A stretch of DNA of 64,000 nucleotides from Mustelus asterias (Eukaryota). Location: contig NC_135804.1 in NCBI RefSeq assembly GCF_964213995.1, positions 58,776,001 to 58,840,000 of the forward strand, read 5' to 3'. A model generated the notes under the pieces. That model was given only the letters and a program-made list of their open reading frames with translations. It searched no databases and was not told the DNA's origin. A program made the translations under genes and the position numbers. Of this stretch, positions 13,101 to 22,900 are shown piece after piece; the first letter of the stretch is position 1, and the number at the start of each line of letters is the position of its first letter.

Positions 13101-16100
13101 GATTAAATAAAGTCCACATTAACCCTGTAAATTCGAGTTTGAACAGCTGCCCAGCTACATTAATAATAAATAATACAAATCGGAGTCTTTACCCCTGCTC
13201 GTTTCTGTAAATGTTTCGAATCTTACCTTGCATGACGGTGTAGCTGACACTGGCGGGCACCTGAAGGGAGATATGAGATGCCAGACATGTATAAACGACT
13301 CCGTTCTGGAGAGGCTGCGCTTCTTCCAAAGAACTGGAGACCTCAAAAAGACCATCCACTGTCTCGTTTCTCACAGTTTCTATTCCGGCCAGAATTTCCA
13401 CACCATCTCTTTGCCAGGAGATTTTTAAATCCTCCGGGTAAAATGCAGCCGTTTTACACTCGAATCTTCGAGAAGTCGCTGAATTCTCTTCAATCGGAAC
13501 GATTTTCAGTGGTGTTGGAGGAACTTTTAACAGGGGGAAAAATCATTTTTGAATTGAAAAGAGTAAATTCTCAATTGCCGAACCTCGATACGCTCTTACA
13601 GTCATACTGTGATAATAGTTATGGTGCTGTCGCGTTTTTTTAAACTTCGGGCGTGCATTTATTTTATATAATGTTATACGACGCTCAGCAAAATTGCCGG
13701 ATGTTTTGCAAGCGGTACACAAAGAGGATCATTCTCCCAGGCATAGTAGCAACCAGGAAAGAAGAGGTCACTGCTCGGAATTAAAGCCATGATGTGGAGA
13801 TGCCGGCGTTGGACTGGGGTAAGCACAGTAAGAAGTCTCACAACAGCAGGTTAAAGTTCAACAGGTTTATTTGCCAAATAAACCTGTTGGACTTTAACCT
13901 GGCGTTGTGAGACTTCTTACGGAATTAAAGCAGCAGATCCTGGCGCGGGATTGTGTTTGGCAGCAGTGACCCCGATTCAGATTCCGGTCCGAATATATCA
14001 GAGAGGGAGCACCAACCAGTCGCATGAACATTGGGTTCTACTCGGGTTTTTCTGTAAGAATCATTGTGGTACTAAACTTTGTGTGTTGGTTTGAAAAATG
14101 ACCCACTTCAAATATTTAATGTTTCCAAACGTATTTTGTTTTACTGGTTAATGTTAAGATGCGTGAAATCAAGATACCTCCGATATCTAAATTGGCTCCA
14201 GACAAGACAGAGTTATATGTATAGATTAAAACCCGTGAGTTACCATTGATTACACAACATTTCAATGCCCGTGGTTGAGGTTTCAGATCGTGCAATTTTC
14301 ACCAAAGCATCTTTCTGGGGGCTGGATGCGAATGTTGGAGTATTTTGCAAGCCAGGATAATTTTTGATAATTATATATCGCTATGTAGATCACAACACCC
14401 AGGGATTAATTCCAGAGATAAAAACAGGCCCTATGTTGGGTAAACTCAGCGGTTTGACTGAGTTTTCATTTCAGATTTCCAGCATCCGCAGTATTTTGCT
14501 TTTATTTGACTAGTTAGTTTGCCCTTCTGCAATTTTATTCGATCTGCTGAACACATTTTGTCTGGAGAAGATTCCGCTTCGAGCAGCCCAAAGTTACAAT
14601 TTTCTGATGTGAACCGCTCTATCTATCTGTCCACTCTATCTCCAATCACCTTTTAACTGGAAGTGAAGTCTCGTTTCATCGATTTATTTGTTAGAATCAA
14701 TCTCCTTAATATTTTTTTATTTACAAGTCTACTTTTCCGACATTGTAGCTCCTTGACACAAATTAATAATTTACAAGTATTATTAACTTTCAAAATTATG
14801 TTAGTCTTTATTCCCAGCCAAACCTCAGAATTCCTCCATTCTTTCCCCATGGACCTGCTTTTGGTACAATACAAAATGCGACAGAATTCCCGCTGGGGAG
14901 AAAGAAGCGCACGGGGACTGTACACAGAAGTAATGAATTACACATTAACGTTTATAGAAATGTTCGGTGGTATCCATTCTCCACTTTACCAGTTGTGAGT
15001 GCATCATAGAAAGTCCAGTTGGCGTACCCCAAAGGTTCAAACCAGAGCATCGGGCACCTTAACTGTCCTGTAAAGTCCAGGACCCGGGGTCGAATCCAGC
15101 ATTGAGGGAAAGATCAAAACCCTCCTTCTCAGAGGATTGTAGGATTCCATTGTGGAAAGATTTTGGAATTTTAAACAAGTTACTAATGGACACAACTACA
15201 ACATATAAACTGTTATCCTAGGAACAGGGGCCCATTCAGCCCGACTCACTTTGCTCTGCCAACCTTGGTGATAGTGATTAACACTGCTGCCTCACAACGC
15301 TAGGGACCCGGGTTCAATTCCGGCCTCGGGTCGGTGTGGAGTTTGCACGTTCTCCCCTTGTCTGCGTGGATTTCCTCCCAATGCTCCGGTTTCCTCCCAC
15401 ACTCCAAAGATGTGCCGATTAGATGGATTGGCCATGCTAAATTGCCCCTTAACATTCAGTGGTTTAGCAGGGTAAATACGTAGGGTTAGGGGGATAGGGC
15501 CTGGGTGCGATTGTTGTCGGTGCAGGTTCGATGGGCCAAATGGCCTCCTTCTGTACGGTAGGTATTCTATGGTTCTGCCTGATCTCTAACTTAACTCCAT
15601 TCGTCCGACTTAATTCATACTTAGCAAAAATCTAGCCGTCGCAAATTTAAGGCAATGACGTAAAGAAAGTGTTACATCAGCAATTTTGGGCAGTGGGCGG
15701 AAAAGGGATCTGATTTTGGAAATACTCGTTGCTATACTCGGGGAATTTTCACCTGAGTTTATCATGAAGGCACTTAGAGTGAGGGTTCAGAAAAGATTTG
15801 TTGGAGATTTACCAGGGTCAAGGCACTTAGATTATGTGCAGAGACTGAAGAAACTACAGTTGTTCTCTTTAGACCTGATAGTTTTAAGAGGAGGCTGGAT
15901 AGCGATTTTGAAAGTTCTGACAAATTTGATAAAGTCAGTAAGCAGAAAGTGTTCTCAGTGACACAAGAGTCGGCAACCAGAAGGTGTTTGGCAAAAGAAC
16001 GCAAGGATTCTGATCTTTGAGTGGAACGTAATTACAGTCTCGTCCCTGTTAGTGTTACCATGTTGTTCAGCTTAAATCGCGAGCAGTGAGTGTAGGGATC

Positions 16101-17310
16101 CCGATTGATTTTCGCTTCCTGGTTAAATCAACTAACTCGGCATTTCGAAACGGCCCTGCAACAAACAGAAATGCCTTGAATAACCGGTCTTACTTTCCTC
16201 GAAATCTTCTTTTTGCAATCACCTTTGCGGGGGAATATTCCTTCCTTTTTGATTTAAGTTAAATGATCTTTGAAGTTTTGTAAAAGATTTGACCTGGGAG
16301 GTGTTAAGATTGCTGACATTGTTCAATTGTGGCACCATTGTAGCGAGAAGGAACCAGACCCTAACATCCCATTACAACATCAATGCAAAATACTGCAGAG
16401 GCTGGAAATTTGAAATACAAACCGAAAATACCGAGGATGTTCAGAGGTCGGGCAACATCTGTGTAGAGAAAGTGAGTTAACGTTTCGGATCATTTCATCA
16501 TCGACATGAAAGGTTAACTTTGTTTCCCTCCACAGAGAGAACTGACCTGTTGAGGTTTTTCCAAATTTTTCTCTTTATATTTCGTATATTTCCATTGCTT
16601 AATTTCAAAATGAAAATATCCACTGTGCATCGAGGGAGGTCAATGGAGGACAATCCAGTGTTCTGTAAAAATAATTCGCTATAACCAGCTTTTCCTCCAG
16701 TGATAAAAAAATCAAATTGCATATGTGGCGCTGAGCTGAAATCCTCCCGTTTACAATAACACCTACCGTACACAGTGAGCTGGGTGCCAGTTCCAGTTTC
16801 ATTCGATTTTTCTGGATATTTTACTTTACAATAATACACTCCGGAATCTGCAAAAGTCACATTCAGGAATTCAAGCGAACTGCTTTCCTTGTTCACATCA
16901 AATCGCTTTCTGCTGTCTGGTTGAAGAAAGGATTGCTCTCCGCGTCTCCACCAACGAACATCGGGCGCATCTTGAAATGTGGGAAATGTGCAGAACATGA
17001 TGGCATTCGCGCCTCTGCTCACCTTCAAGTATTTAGGGACCTGAAGCACTTTGTTCCAAGTTACTCCGGAGGCTGTCAGGAAAGAAACAAAGGCGGTGAT
17101 GTAACAGATAAAGAAAAATAACTGAGAGAAGTAAATTATAAAAACAAGCAATCGAATTAGAGAAGCACAGTATCCAATTGTACAGTGGGTAACAGCTGAA
17201 GAGTCATTTAAATTAGGATTTGCTATTGTGAAATATTGTGAATAACTAAATGTACCTGGCCAAAACACGCCCAGAAGAGCCATGTAGTGAACTGTAACTT
17301 GTATCGACAT
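4047..17310 (-). CDS. SIRP-like inhibitory IgSF receptor (leader-V(J)-C1-TM-ITIM/ITSM), 6 coding exons, 312 aa: join(17310-17256,17072-16767,13523-13227,11802-11695,11094-11051,4175-4047)
   Basis: All junctions are GT-AG with phases 1,1,1,1,0. The joined 939 nt ORF has no internal stop and one domain per exon, the typical IgSF layout. An extra small exon hidden in the 6.9 kb last intron cannot be excluded. Confidence 0.88.
4795..5230 (-). mobile_element. CR1 LINE 3' fragment
   Basis: Reverse complement of the CR1 ORF2 C-terminus (FFTQRVVSLWNSLP) and 3'UTR. Confidence 0.8.
5232..6560 (+). mobile_element. CR1/L2-group LINE RT 3' fragment, interrupted by a minus-strand CR1 at ~5960-6372
   Basis: ANKWQVIFMPHKCQAMTISNKR and MEYSPFAWINAAPKTLKKLDTIQ. 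The nested CR1 encodes LFSLERRRMRGDLIEVYKIMKG and has an AAAGAAC-type tail. Confidence 0.8.
6575..7760 (-). mobile_element. CR1/L2-group LINE RT fragment (same family, opposite strand)
   Basis: ORF 6948..7589: QGSVLDP..FINNLP..MFADDCTMF (RT core). Confidence 0.85.
8242..8565 (-). mobile_element. HE1-type SINE
   Basis: Reverse complement of the SINE consensus seen elsewhere in the window; duplicate at ~63018-63341. Confidence 0.85.
8678..10132. mobile_element. Solo LTR inserted in a CR1 fragment
   Basis: Termini TGTTA...TAACA with a near-perfect 4-bp TSD (GGAG/GAAG). The CR1 reading resumes after 10132. Carries a nested Penelope hairpin. Confidence 0.7.
9517..9740. mobile_element. Miniature Penelope-tail inverted repeat with two hammerhead motifs
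   Basis: Arms CTCACAACACCAGGTTAAAGTCCAACAGGTTT / AAACCTGTTGGACTTTAACCTGGTGTTGTGAG. TSD-like CGAGAGTG on both sides. CUGAUGA (-) and CUGACGA (+) cores at the centre. Confidence 0.85.
10545..10870 (+). mobile_element. Tx1/L1-clade LINE ORF2 C-terminal fragment
   Basis: GC-rich island encoding DRLLGLAKLAVKRSRQ, resembling the LLLGLAKLAIYRSRQ end of Tx1-type ORF2. Confidence 0.6.
11051..11094 (-). CDS. Receptor exon 5: short cytoplasmic exon (GVKRNSVEAGQSEEA)
   Basis: Strong acceptor TTCTTCTTTTCTCCAG| and donor GCG|GTAAGA. At 44 nt it converts phase 1 to phase 0, exactly as exon 6 requires. Confidence 0.85.
11695..11802 (-). CDS. Receptor exon 4: transmembrane exon
   Basis: AVSGIEFTLIFGCAGGALAVVLLIIILTRLKLKASA: hydrophobic span with no charged residue, then a basic stop-transfer. 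Donor CTG|GTAAGA. A second in-frame acceptor would start the exon at 11793. Confidence 0.9.
12228..12501 (+). mobile_element. HE1-type SINE (5'-truncated)
   Basis: V-SINE core and tail. Confidence 0.85.
12505..13000 (-). mobile_element. CR1 3' fragment with nested Penelope tail (~12671-12757)
   Basis: ORF 12712..12969 LFSLEQRSLRSDLIEVY. Nested CAGTAAGAAGTCTCACAACACCAGGTTAAAG with half a hammerhead motif. Confidence 0.75.
13227..13523 (-). CDS. Receptor exon 3: Ig C1-set domain
   Basis: VPPTPLKIVP...FECKTAAFYPEDLKISWQRDG...DGLFEVSSSL...YTCLASHISL...VMQ. Has the FYP turn and the [FY]xCx[VA]xH C1 signature. 297 nt, phase 1-1, donor CAAG|GTAAGA. Confidence 0.93.
13789..13920. mobile_element. 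Minimal Penelope-tail hairpin insertion
   Basis: About 48-bp near-perfect inverted repeat centred on TTTGCCAAA, flanked by the direct repeat GGAATTAAAGC (TSD). Confidence 0.85.
15266..15575 (+). mobile_element. HE1-type SINE
   Basis: tRNA-like head with B-box GGTTCAATTCC; V-SINE core. Confidence 0.85.
16385..16600. mobile_element. Old palindromic repeat, probably a second Penelope-tail family
   Basis: AAATACTGCAGAGGCTGGAAAT...GAGTTAACGTTTC followed by its degenerate reverse complement. Related pieces at ~14440-14505, 18065-18200, 29900-29980 and 34110-34165. Confidence 0.5.
16767..17072 (-). CDS. Receptor exon 2: Ig V-set domain with germline-joined J-like G strand
   Basis: B-strand Cys (IMFC), C-strand Trp (VRWW), DSGVYYC, and GTGTQLTV. 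Acceptor TTTCTTTCCTGACAG|, donor TACG|GTAGGT. 306 nt, phase 1-1. Confidence 0.95.
17256..17310 (-). CDS. Receptor exon 1: signal peptide (MSIQVTVHYMALLGVFWP)
   Basis: ATG plus 55 nt ending CCAG|GTACAT, phase 1; short hydrophobic leader 183 nt upstream of the V exon. Confidence 0.8.
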
Positions 17311-17845
17311 GTTGCATTTCGTTGGCTACTTGCTGCAAATGAGAATGATATCTACGATGGTTTGCCTAAGTAATAGATTTCATGGTTAAATATACGAAAC
17401 GTGTGACGATGACATGAGAGACCACATGACTAAAACAGCGTATTGTGTTCGTTTACATTTCTGTGTGTGTGTTATATGTGGGGTGGGGAGGGTGGTGGTC
17501 GCGGGAGAAGCTGACCTCCTAACTGCCGCCGAAAGGCTATCACTTGAAGACCAATTTTATGCAGCCACTTTCGGAACACTTCGTTCCCGATTTTCTTTGT
17601 CAACACCAGACTTTGATTCTTCACTTAATCCTGAAAATAACGATGCCGGCTGCAGGCGGCCTTCCAGCGCTTCATCTGAGATATCCTTTTTCCTGTAGGA
17701 GCATAAAGTCTGCAAATATTTAGACCTGAGTACTTTGAACTGAGTGCGATCGGGACCTCAAGCAACCTCCAGCCACCTGACTTGTAGCAGAATCACTGGA
17801 ATAACTATTCAGATTAACAATCTCCCTATATTAGTTGCACTCCAC

Positions 17846-17882
17846 TCACCTGATGAAGGAGCAGCGCTCCGAAAGCTAGTGA
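17846..17882 (+). ncRNA. Minimal type I hammerhead ribozyme with intact core, in an isolated Penelope tail (~17834-17927)
   Basis: TCAC-CTGATGA-A-GGAGC-AGC-GCTCC-GAAA-GC-TA-GTGA. Stem I is TCAC/GTGA, stem II GGAGC/GCTCC, stem III the palindrome AGCT. TATATTA direct repeats flank the insertion. Confidence 0.8.
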
Positions 17883-19469
17883 TACCAAATAAACCTGTTG
17901 GACTTTAACCTGGTGTTGTGAGACTTATTATATTAATTCCAAAGTTGTTGAGGCCAAGTTTAACCTCACAGCGCCAGACATGAAACTTTAGCCCTTTTTC
18001 TACATGTTTCCATTTTACAGTCCAGCAGATCGGATGCGCAACAAGTAATTGTCGTGGGAATAACAATAGCAAAATACCACGGATACTAGAAACCTGGGAA
18101 AATAAACCCAGAAAGCGCTGTAAACAACTCAGCAGGCCATCTGCAGAGCGAGCAACCCAGTTAAAATTTCGAGTCGAATATAACTTTATTCGGAAGGAAG
18201 GGATTTTTGCGGTGTGTTGGGTGATTTCCGCAGATGGAATTGCCAGGAGAAGAAAACTAAAACGACCCTCGTCAAGCTGGTTGCAAAAGGAAAGGACATC
18301 TCAATAAAAGTAAGGCCGATTATTGGCGACATTCAGTTTGTGATGGGTTGCAGTTTTCAAATCCGCTCTTTTGTCGAGTTAGTTGATCTGAATCAGGGGA
18401 GAAAATCAACCAGGAATCCTGCTCCTCGCTGCCGCCCATTGGAGCTGCAGCTTTGGTAAGAACAGGATGAGACTAGATTGTAACTAACTTCCATCTGTAT
18501 ACCCGAAACCTCGGCTTCTTTTGCCAATCACCTTAAATCTGTCTTCTGCTTCCCGATGTTTGTGTTACTGGGAACACTTCTTACTTACTTTATCAAAATT
18601 GTTCATAACTTTAAGGTCGCTATGCAGCCTCGTTTTAACCTTCTGGACTCTAAGGAGAACAACCATAGCTTCTCCGGTCTCTCCACCTAATCCCAGTCCC
18701 CAACTTTGGCAAATCTCCAACAAATCTGCGCCCTCTCTAAATCCCCGACATCCTTCAGACTTGAACAGATTAGTCCAACTCAGGCTGAACTGGTGGTTTA
18801 TGAAGGTTTAGAATAGCTTCCTTACTGCATTCTGTGTCTCTGTTAAAGAAGTCCCGTATTCTCTATGTTCTCAACAGCTTCCTCATTTGTTCCCGAAACC
18901 TTCAAATATCGCATATTCACCCCGAGATCTTTACTTTCATTGAAATCTCCTTTCTCTCAGCAATCAGTAAAATGCGATTATCTCAGTTTCTCCTCATAGT
19001 TCTATATTTACGGAGGGTAGCAAAGGTGGCAGATCTTTAGTAAATATAAATGTAAGTGTGCTGACATCTCAGCTAATTAGAGGGGGGTTAGCCATACAAT
19101 TACTTCTGTTATTTGGTAACAGTGAATGCAAATTCAATCTTGTCGTGAGGCATATGATAGCGAAATGGAATAGATAGTATTTCTATTTACTCCGGCCTGT
19201 TCTGAAGGAGGGAACTTGTGGCAGCATCTTGATTAGTGAAGAATAATTGTCCGCCTCAACTCTCCTCCCTTACTGAATCCAATATTCGCCCAACGCTTCG
19301 CCCCTATAGAGGAACCTGTTATCCCGTGGGGATTTACAAGAAACACCTAAAATAAAAAAAGAATCATGATGGCCAACATTGGAACAGATCCAGAACGCCG
19401 AGCCCAGGAATGTCTCAGTTGTTTGTGACTGCTCCTGAAATTTTCAAAGGGAAATGCCTCTAATAACTA

Positions 19470-19755
19470 ACGCACTGCTGCCTCACAGCGCCAGGAACCC
19501 AGGTTCGATTTCAGCCTTGGGTGACTGTGTGGAGTTTGCACGTTCTCCCTCTGCGTGGGTTTCCTCCAGGTGCTCCAGTTTCCTCTCACAGTTCAAAGTT
19601 TAGGTGGACTGGCCCTTAGTGCCCCAAGTGTGTAATTTAGAGAGATTGTGTGGGGTTACAGAGATGGGAGGGGGGTGTTTGGTAAACTGCTCTGTCGGCG
19701 ATTCGGTGCCGACTCGATGGGCAAAATGGCCTTCTTCCAGACTGTAGGGATTCTA
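19470..19755 (+). mobile_element. HE1-type SINE
   Basis: B-box GGTTCGATTTC and V-SINE core. Confidence 0.8.
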
Positions 19756-20054
19756 AAAATGCTGCATGACATTTTCCATTAGAAGCGCTTGCAGTGGTGA
19801 GTAAACCATAAGAATATGTCACAGACCAATAATTTCTCATTGAACAGAAGATCTAGATTCATGAAAACAAAATTGATGAATGTTGGAAACATGAAATTAA
19901 ATATCAAATGTTCGAAATGGAATAAAGAGGTCCCGGATTCTGTAGAAAAAGTCAGAAGGCACAGAGAGGCTGATGTACTTCTGAAGATTCAATCATATGG
20001 CCTTGTCCATGTAATGTGAAATGACATTGGAACAAGAGTCGCGCACTTTTGCTC

Positions 20055-20305
20055 TGTGAGAAGGGCAGTGAGTGGGAGAATCGGAGGAGGGAAGCGGTGA
20101 ACGGGAGGGGGTAAGAGGGAAGCAGCTAATGGGAAGGTCAGGACAGCGAAACGGCGAGCGGGAAGTTTGGGAGAGGGAAGTGGCGAGAGGGAGTTTCAGC
20201 AAGTGGGAAGTTTAAGAGAGGTGGTGAGCAGATGGGTCGGGAAAGGCGACAAGGGGAAGAGATGAGAGTGGTGGTGAGCGGAAACTTCGGGAAAGCAGCA
20301 AGCAT
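20055..20305 (+). repeat. Purine-rich degenerate tandem tract with about ten GGAA motifs
   Basis: Recurring GCGAGCGGGAAGTTT / AGTGGGAAGTTT-like units. Confidence 0.6.
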
Positions 20306-20499
20306 GAGAAAAGTTAACGGGGTCATTAAATTATGTGGAGTTAACAAGTTAGTTGGAGTATTTTTGTGCCAACTAGGTTTAAGGCAGCGCATAGAATCTT
20401 TCAATCAGCTGTGTATAACGATGCCGAGTCTATTAGAGATGGCATTTGGATTTAATTGATGATGGTAAACAAACGTGTCAACCGTGTCTCATTGGTAGT

Positions 20500-20755
20500 A
20501 CTTCGATTCCTGGCTTGGGTCACTGTCTGTGTGGAGTTTGCACGTTCTCCTTGTGTCTGCGTGGGTTTCCTCCGGTGCTCCCGTTTCCTCCCACAATCCA
20601 AAGATGTTCAGATTAGGTGCATTGGCCATGCTAAATTCTCCCTCAGTGTACTCAAACAGGCGCCGGAGTGTGGCGACTAGGGGATTTTCACAGTAACTTG
20701 ATTGCAGTGTTAATGTAAGCCTACTTGTGACACTAATAAATAAACTTTAACTTTA
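20500..20755 (+). mobile_element. V-SINE variant with a different tail (TAAACTT repeats)
   Basis: V-SINE core, then GGCGACTAGGGGATTTTCACAGTAAC...AATAAATAAACTTTAACTTTAA. The same tail occurs reversed at ~46100-46170. Confidence 0.75.
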
Positions 20756-20996
20756 ACACTTTCTCCATGTGCCAAAGGTGATGGGCTCTATTCCCACTCC
20801 AATAAGGTCAACACAAATTCTAGCAGCACTGATGAAGAATTGCGTGACAGATGATGCTCTATTTTGGAAGAGACATTAGAACAAGACTCCCTCATTTTCC
20901 AGCGGTGAATGTAAATAATCCCAACAGACAATTGGAGGAAGAGCAGATGAGTTCTCCTTCCATACAATATTTATCACTTGTCGCTTAAAAGTAAAT

Positions 20997-21390
20997 GGCC
21001 GGAATTTTTCGGCCCTTGCTCCTGCAAGCGAGGGCGGAAAATTTGGCGCTCAGTCAAATGCCATTAACTGCAAGAGGACCAGAGAATCCCGCTGGCATGA
21101 ACAGCCGGAAAATATCTCGTATTTATCTGTGTTGTTTGGGGGACTCTGCACAAATTGTTGTCTATTTCCAAAAACAGTGACTGCATTTTGAAATGTACAT
21201 CATTAGTTAAAATGCTCTGGGAAGTTTGTATAGCTTGTATACAAGGCTTGTATAGACTTGCTTTCTTTTCTTGAATGCCAGTCGCACCCGCGGATTCCCT
21301 GGTCCGCTGCAGCAAACGAAGATTTGGCTCAGTGCCAAATTCTCCGTCCTACCTTCCGCAGGGCGAGAACAGCCAGAAAATTATGATCAT
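20997..21390. mobile_element. Two short inverted MITE-like (possibly Harbinger-type) elements
   Basis: GGCCGGAATTTTTCGG...CCGGAAAAT termini at 20997-21115; a related reversed copy at ~21280-21385. Confidence 0.4.
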
Positions 21391-21962
21391 GCAGCCTCCG
21401 TATGTGATGCATATTTTTCCAATGGTCTTGATGTGCAAAACAAACTCCACCAACTTAACTGGAGTTGTCATAAGTAAACGGTTGGGCATTTTGCTGCACT
21501 GTGAAGGATTAGATCAGATGTATCTATACTGCTAAAAAGGGATATGTTGTTGAAGCTTTTTCTCTTGTACTGTTCAGGTAAAAGGCAAGAATGTCATATT
21601 TCAAACCAACAGAAAAAGTTAGGCCACAGGAGAAAAGAGGAGCTGATTGCTTGACAGGTCAACTCTGATTGGCCGAAATATTGCCATGAAGAAAGCAACT
21701 GGGAACTATAGGTGCTGCATGCTTCCAGGCAATTCAGAAAGATGCAGAGCATGGTCGTTTTGTTTGCAGAGAACCGGCCCCTGAATTTGAATGGAGGTTA
21801 TATGTAGCATGTGTAAAACAGCCATGTCACTAATTTGACTAATTACTTTATTTGGTTGTTAGTATACTATAACACAGCCACAATTGTTCAACAAGTGCTG
21901 CTAAGTCACAAAATCACATCTCACAGTAGATGTTTGGTTTAGATTTTGCAAACGTGGCCTGT

Positions 21963-22900
21963 AGACCATAAAGGCCATAGGATATAGGAGCAGAATTAGG
22001 CCATTCAGTCCATCAAGTCTGCTCTGCCATTTGATCATGGCTGATATGTTTCTCAACCCCATTCTCCCGCCTTTTCCCCCAACCTTTGATCCCATTAGCA
22101 ATCAAGAACTTATCTATCTCTGTCTTAAATAAACTCAATGAGCTGGCCTCCACAGCTTTCTGTGGCAATTGATTCCACAGATTCGCCATGCTCTGACTGA
22201 AGAAATTCCTCCTCATCTTGGTTCTAAAGGGTTGTCCCTTTATTCTGAGGCTGTGCCTTCGGATCCTATTCTTTCCGACTAATGGAAACATCTTCTTCAC
22301 GTCCATCCTATCCAGGCCTTTCAGTATTCTATAAGTTTCAATGAGATCCCCCTTCATCCTTCCAAACTTCATTGAGTACAGACCCAGAGTCCACAAATGC
22401 TCCTCATACATCAAGCGTTTCATTCCCGGGATCATCCTCATGAACCTCTTCTGGTCCGTCTCCAAGGTCAACACATCCTTCCTTAGATACAGGGCCCAAA
22501 ATTGCTCACGATATTCCAAATGTGGCCTGACCAGAGCCTTATAAAGCCTCAGCAGTGCATCCCTGCTTTTGTATTCCAGTCCTCTTGAAATGAATACTAA
22601 AATTGCATTTGCCTTCTTAATTATCAACTCAACCTGCAAGTTAACCTTATGAGAATCCTGAACTAGGATTCCCAAGTCCCTTTGCGCTTCTGATTCCTGA
22701 ATGCTTTCCCCATTTAGAAAATAGTCTATGCCTCTATTCTTTCTACCAAAGTGCATAACCTCACACTTTCCCACATTGTATTCCGTTTGCCATTTCTTTG
22801 TCTACTCTCCGAACCTGTCCAGGTCTTTCTGCAGCCTCTCTGTCTCCTCAATACTACCTGTACCTCCACCTACATTTGTATCATCTGCAAACTTTGCCGC
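21963..22900 (-). mobile_element. CR1 LINE ORF2 3' fragment
   Basis: ORF 22013..22774: [35 protein letters not shown]. Confidence 0.92.

Noticed and set aside
14653-15150. Possible extra Ig exon between V and C1
   Set aside because: Minus-strand frames have stops and lack Cys/Trp Ig motifs and a good acceptor.
16498-16540. SVEGNKVNLSC looks like an Ig A'/B strand
   Set aside because: It falls inside a common palindromic repeat (16385-16600) and is followed by a stop.
16771-16810. CACAGTG heptamer at the end of the V exon as a V(D)J recombination signal
   Set aside because: No nonamer at 12 or 23 nt spacing; it is just the Leu-Thr-Val coding sequence. The V and J-like parts are contiguous in one exon.
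4047-17310. Calling the gene TCR, IgL, PD-1, NKp30, B7H6 or SIRPA
   Set aside because: The ITIM/ITSM tail and uncharged TM exclude TCR/IgL. The C1 domain excludes canonical PD-1 and NKp30. Orthology to SIRPA or B7H6 needs a phylogeny, so no symbol is given.
17500-17700. Possible cytoplasmic exon of the pseudogene (RKKDISDE...SLFSGL...)
   Set aside because: No tyrosine motif and no recognisable similarity to exon 6; more likely promoter or 5' region.
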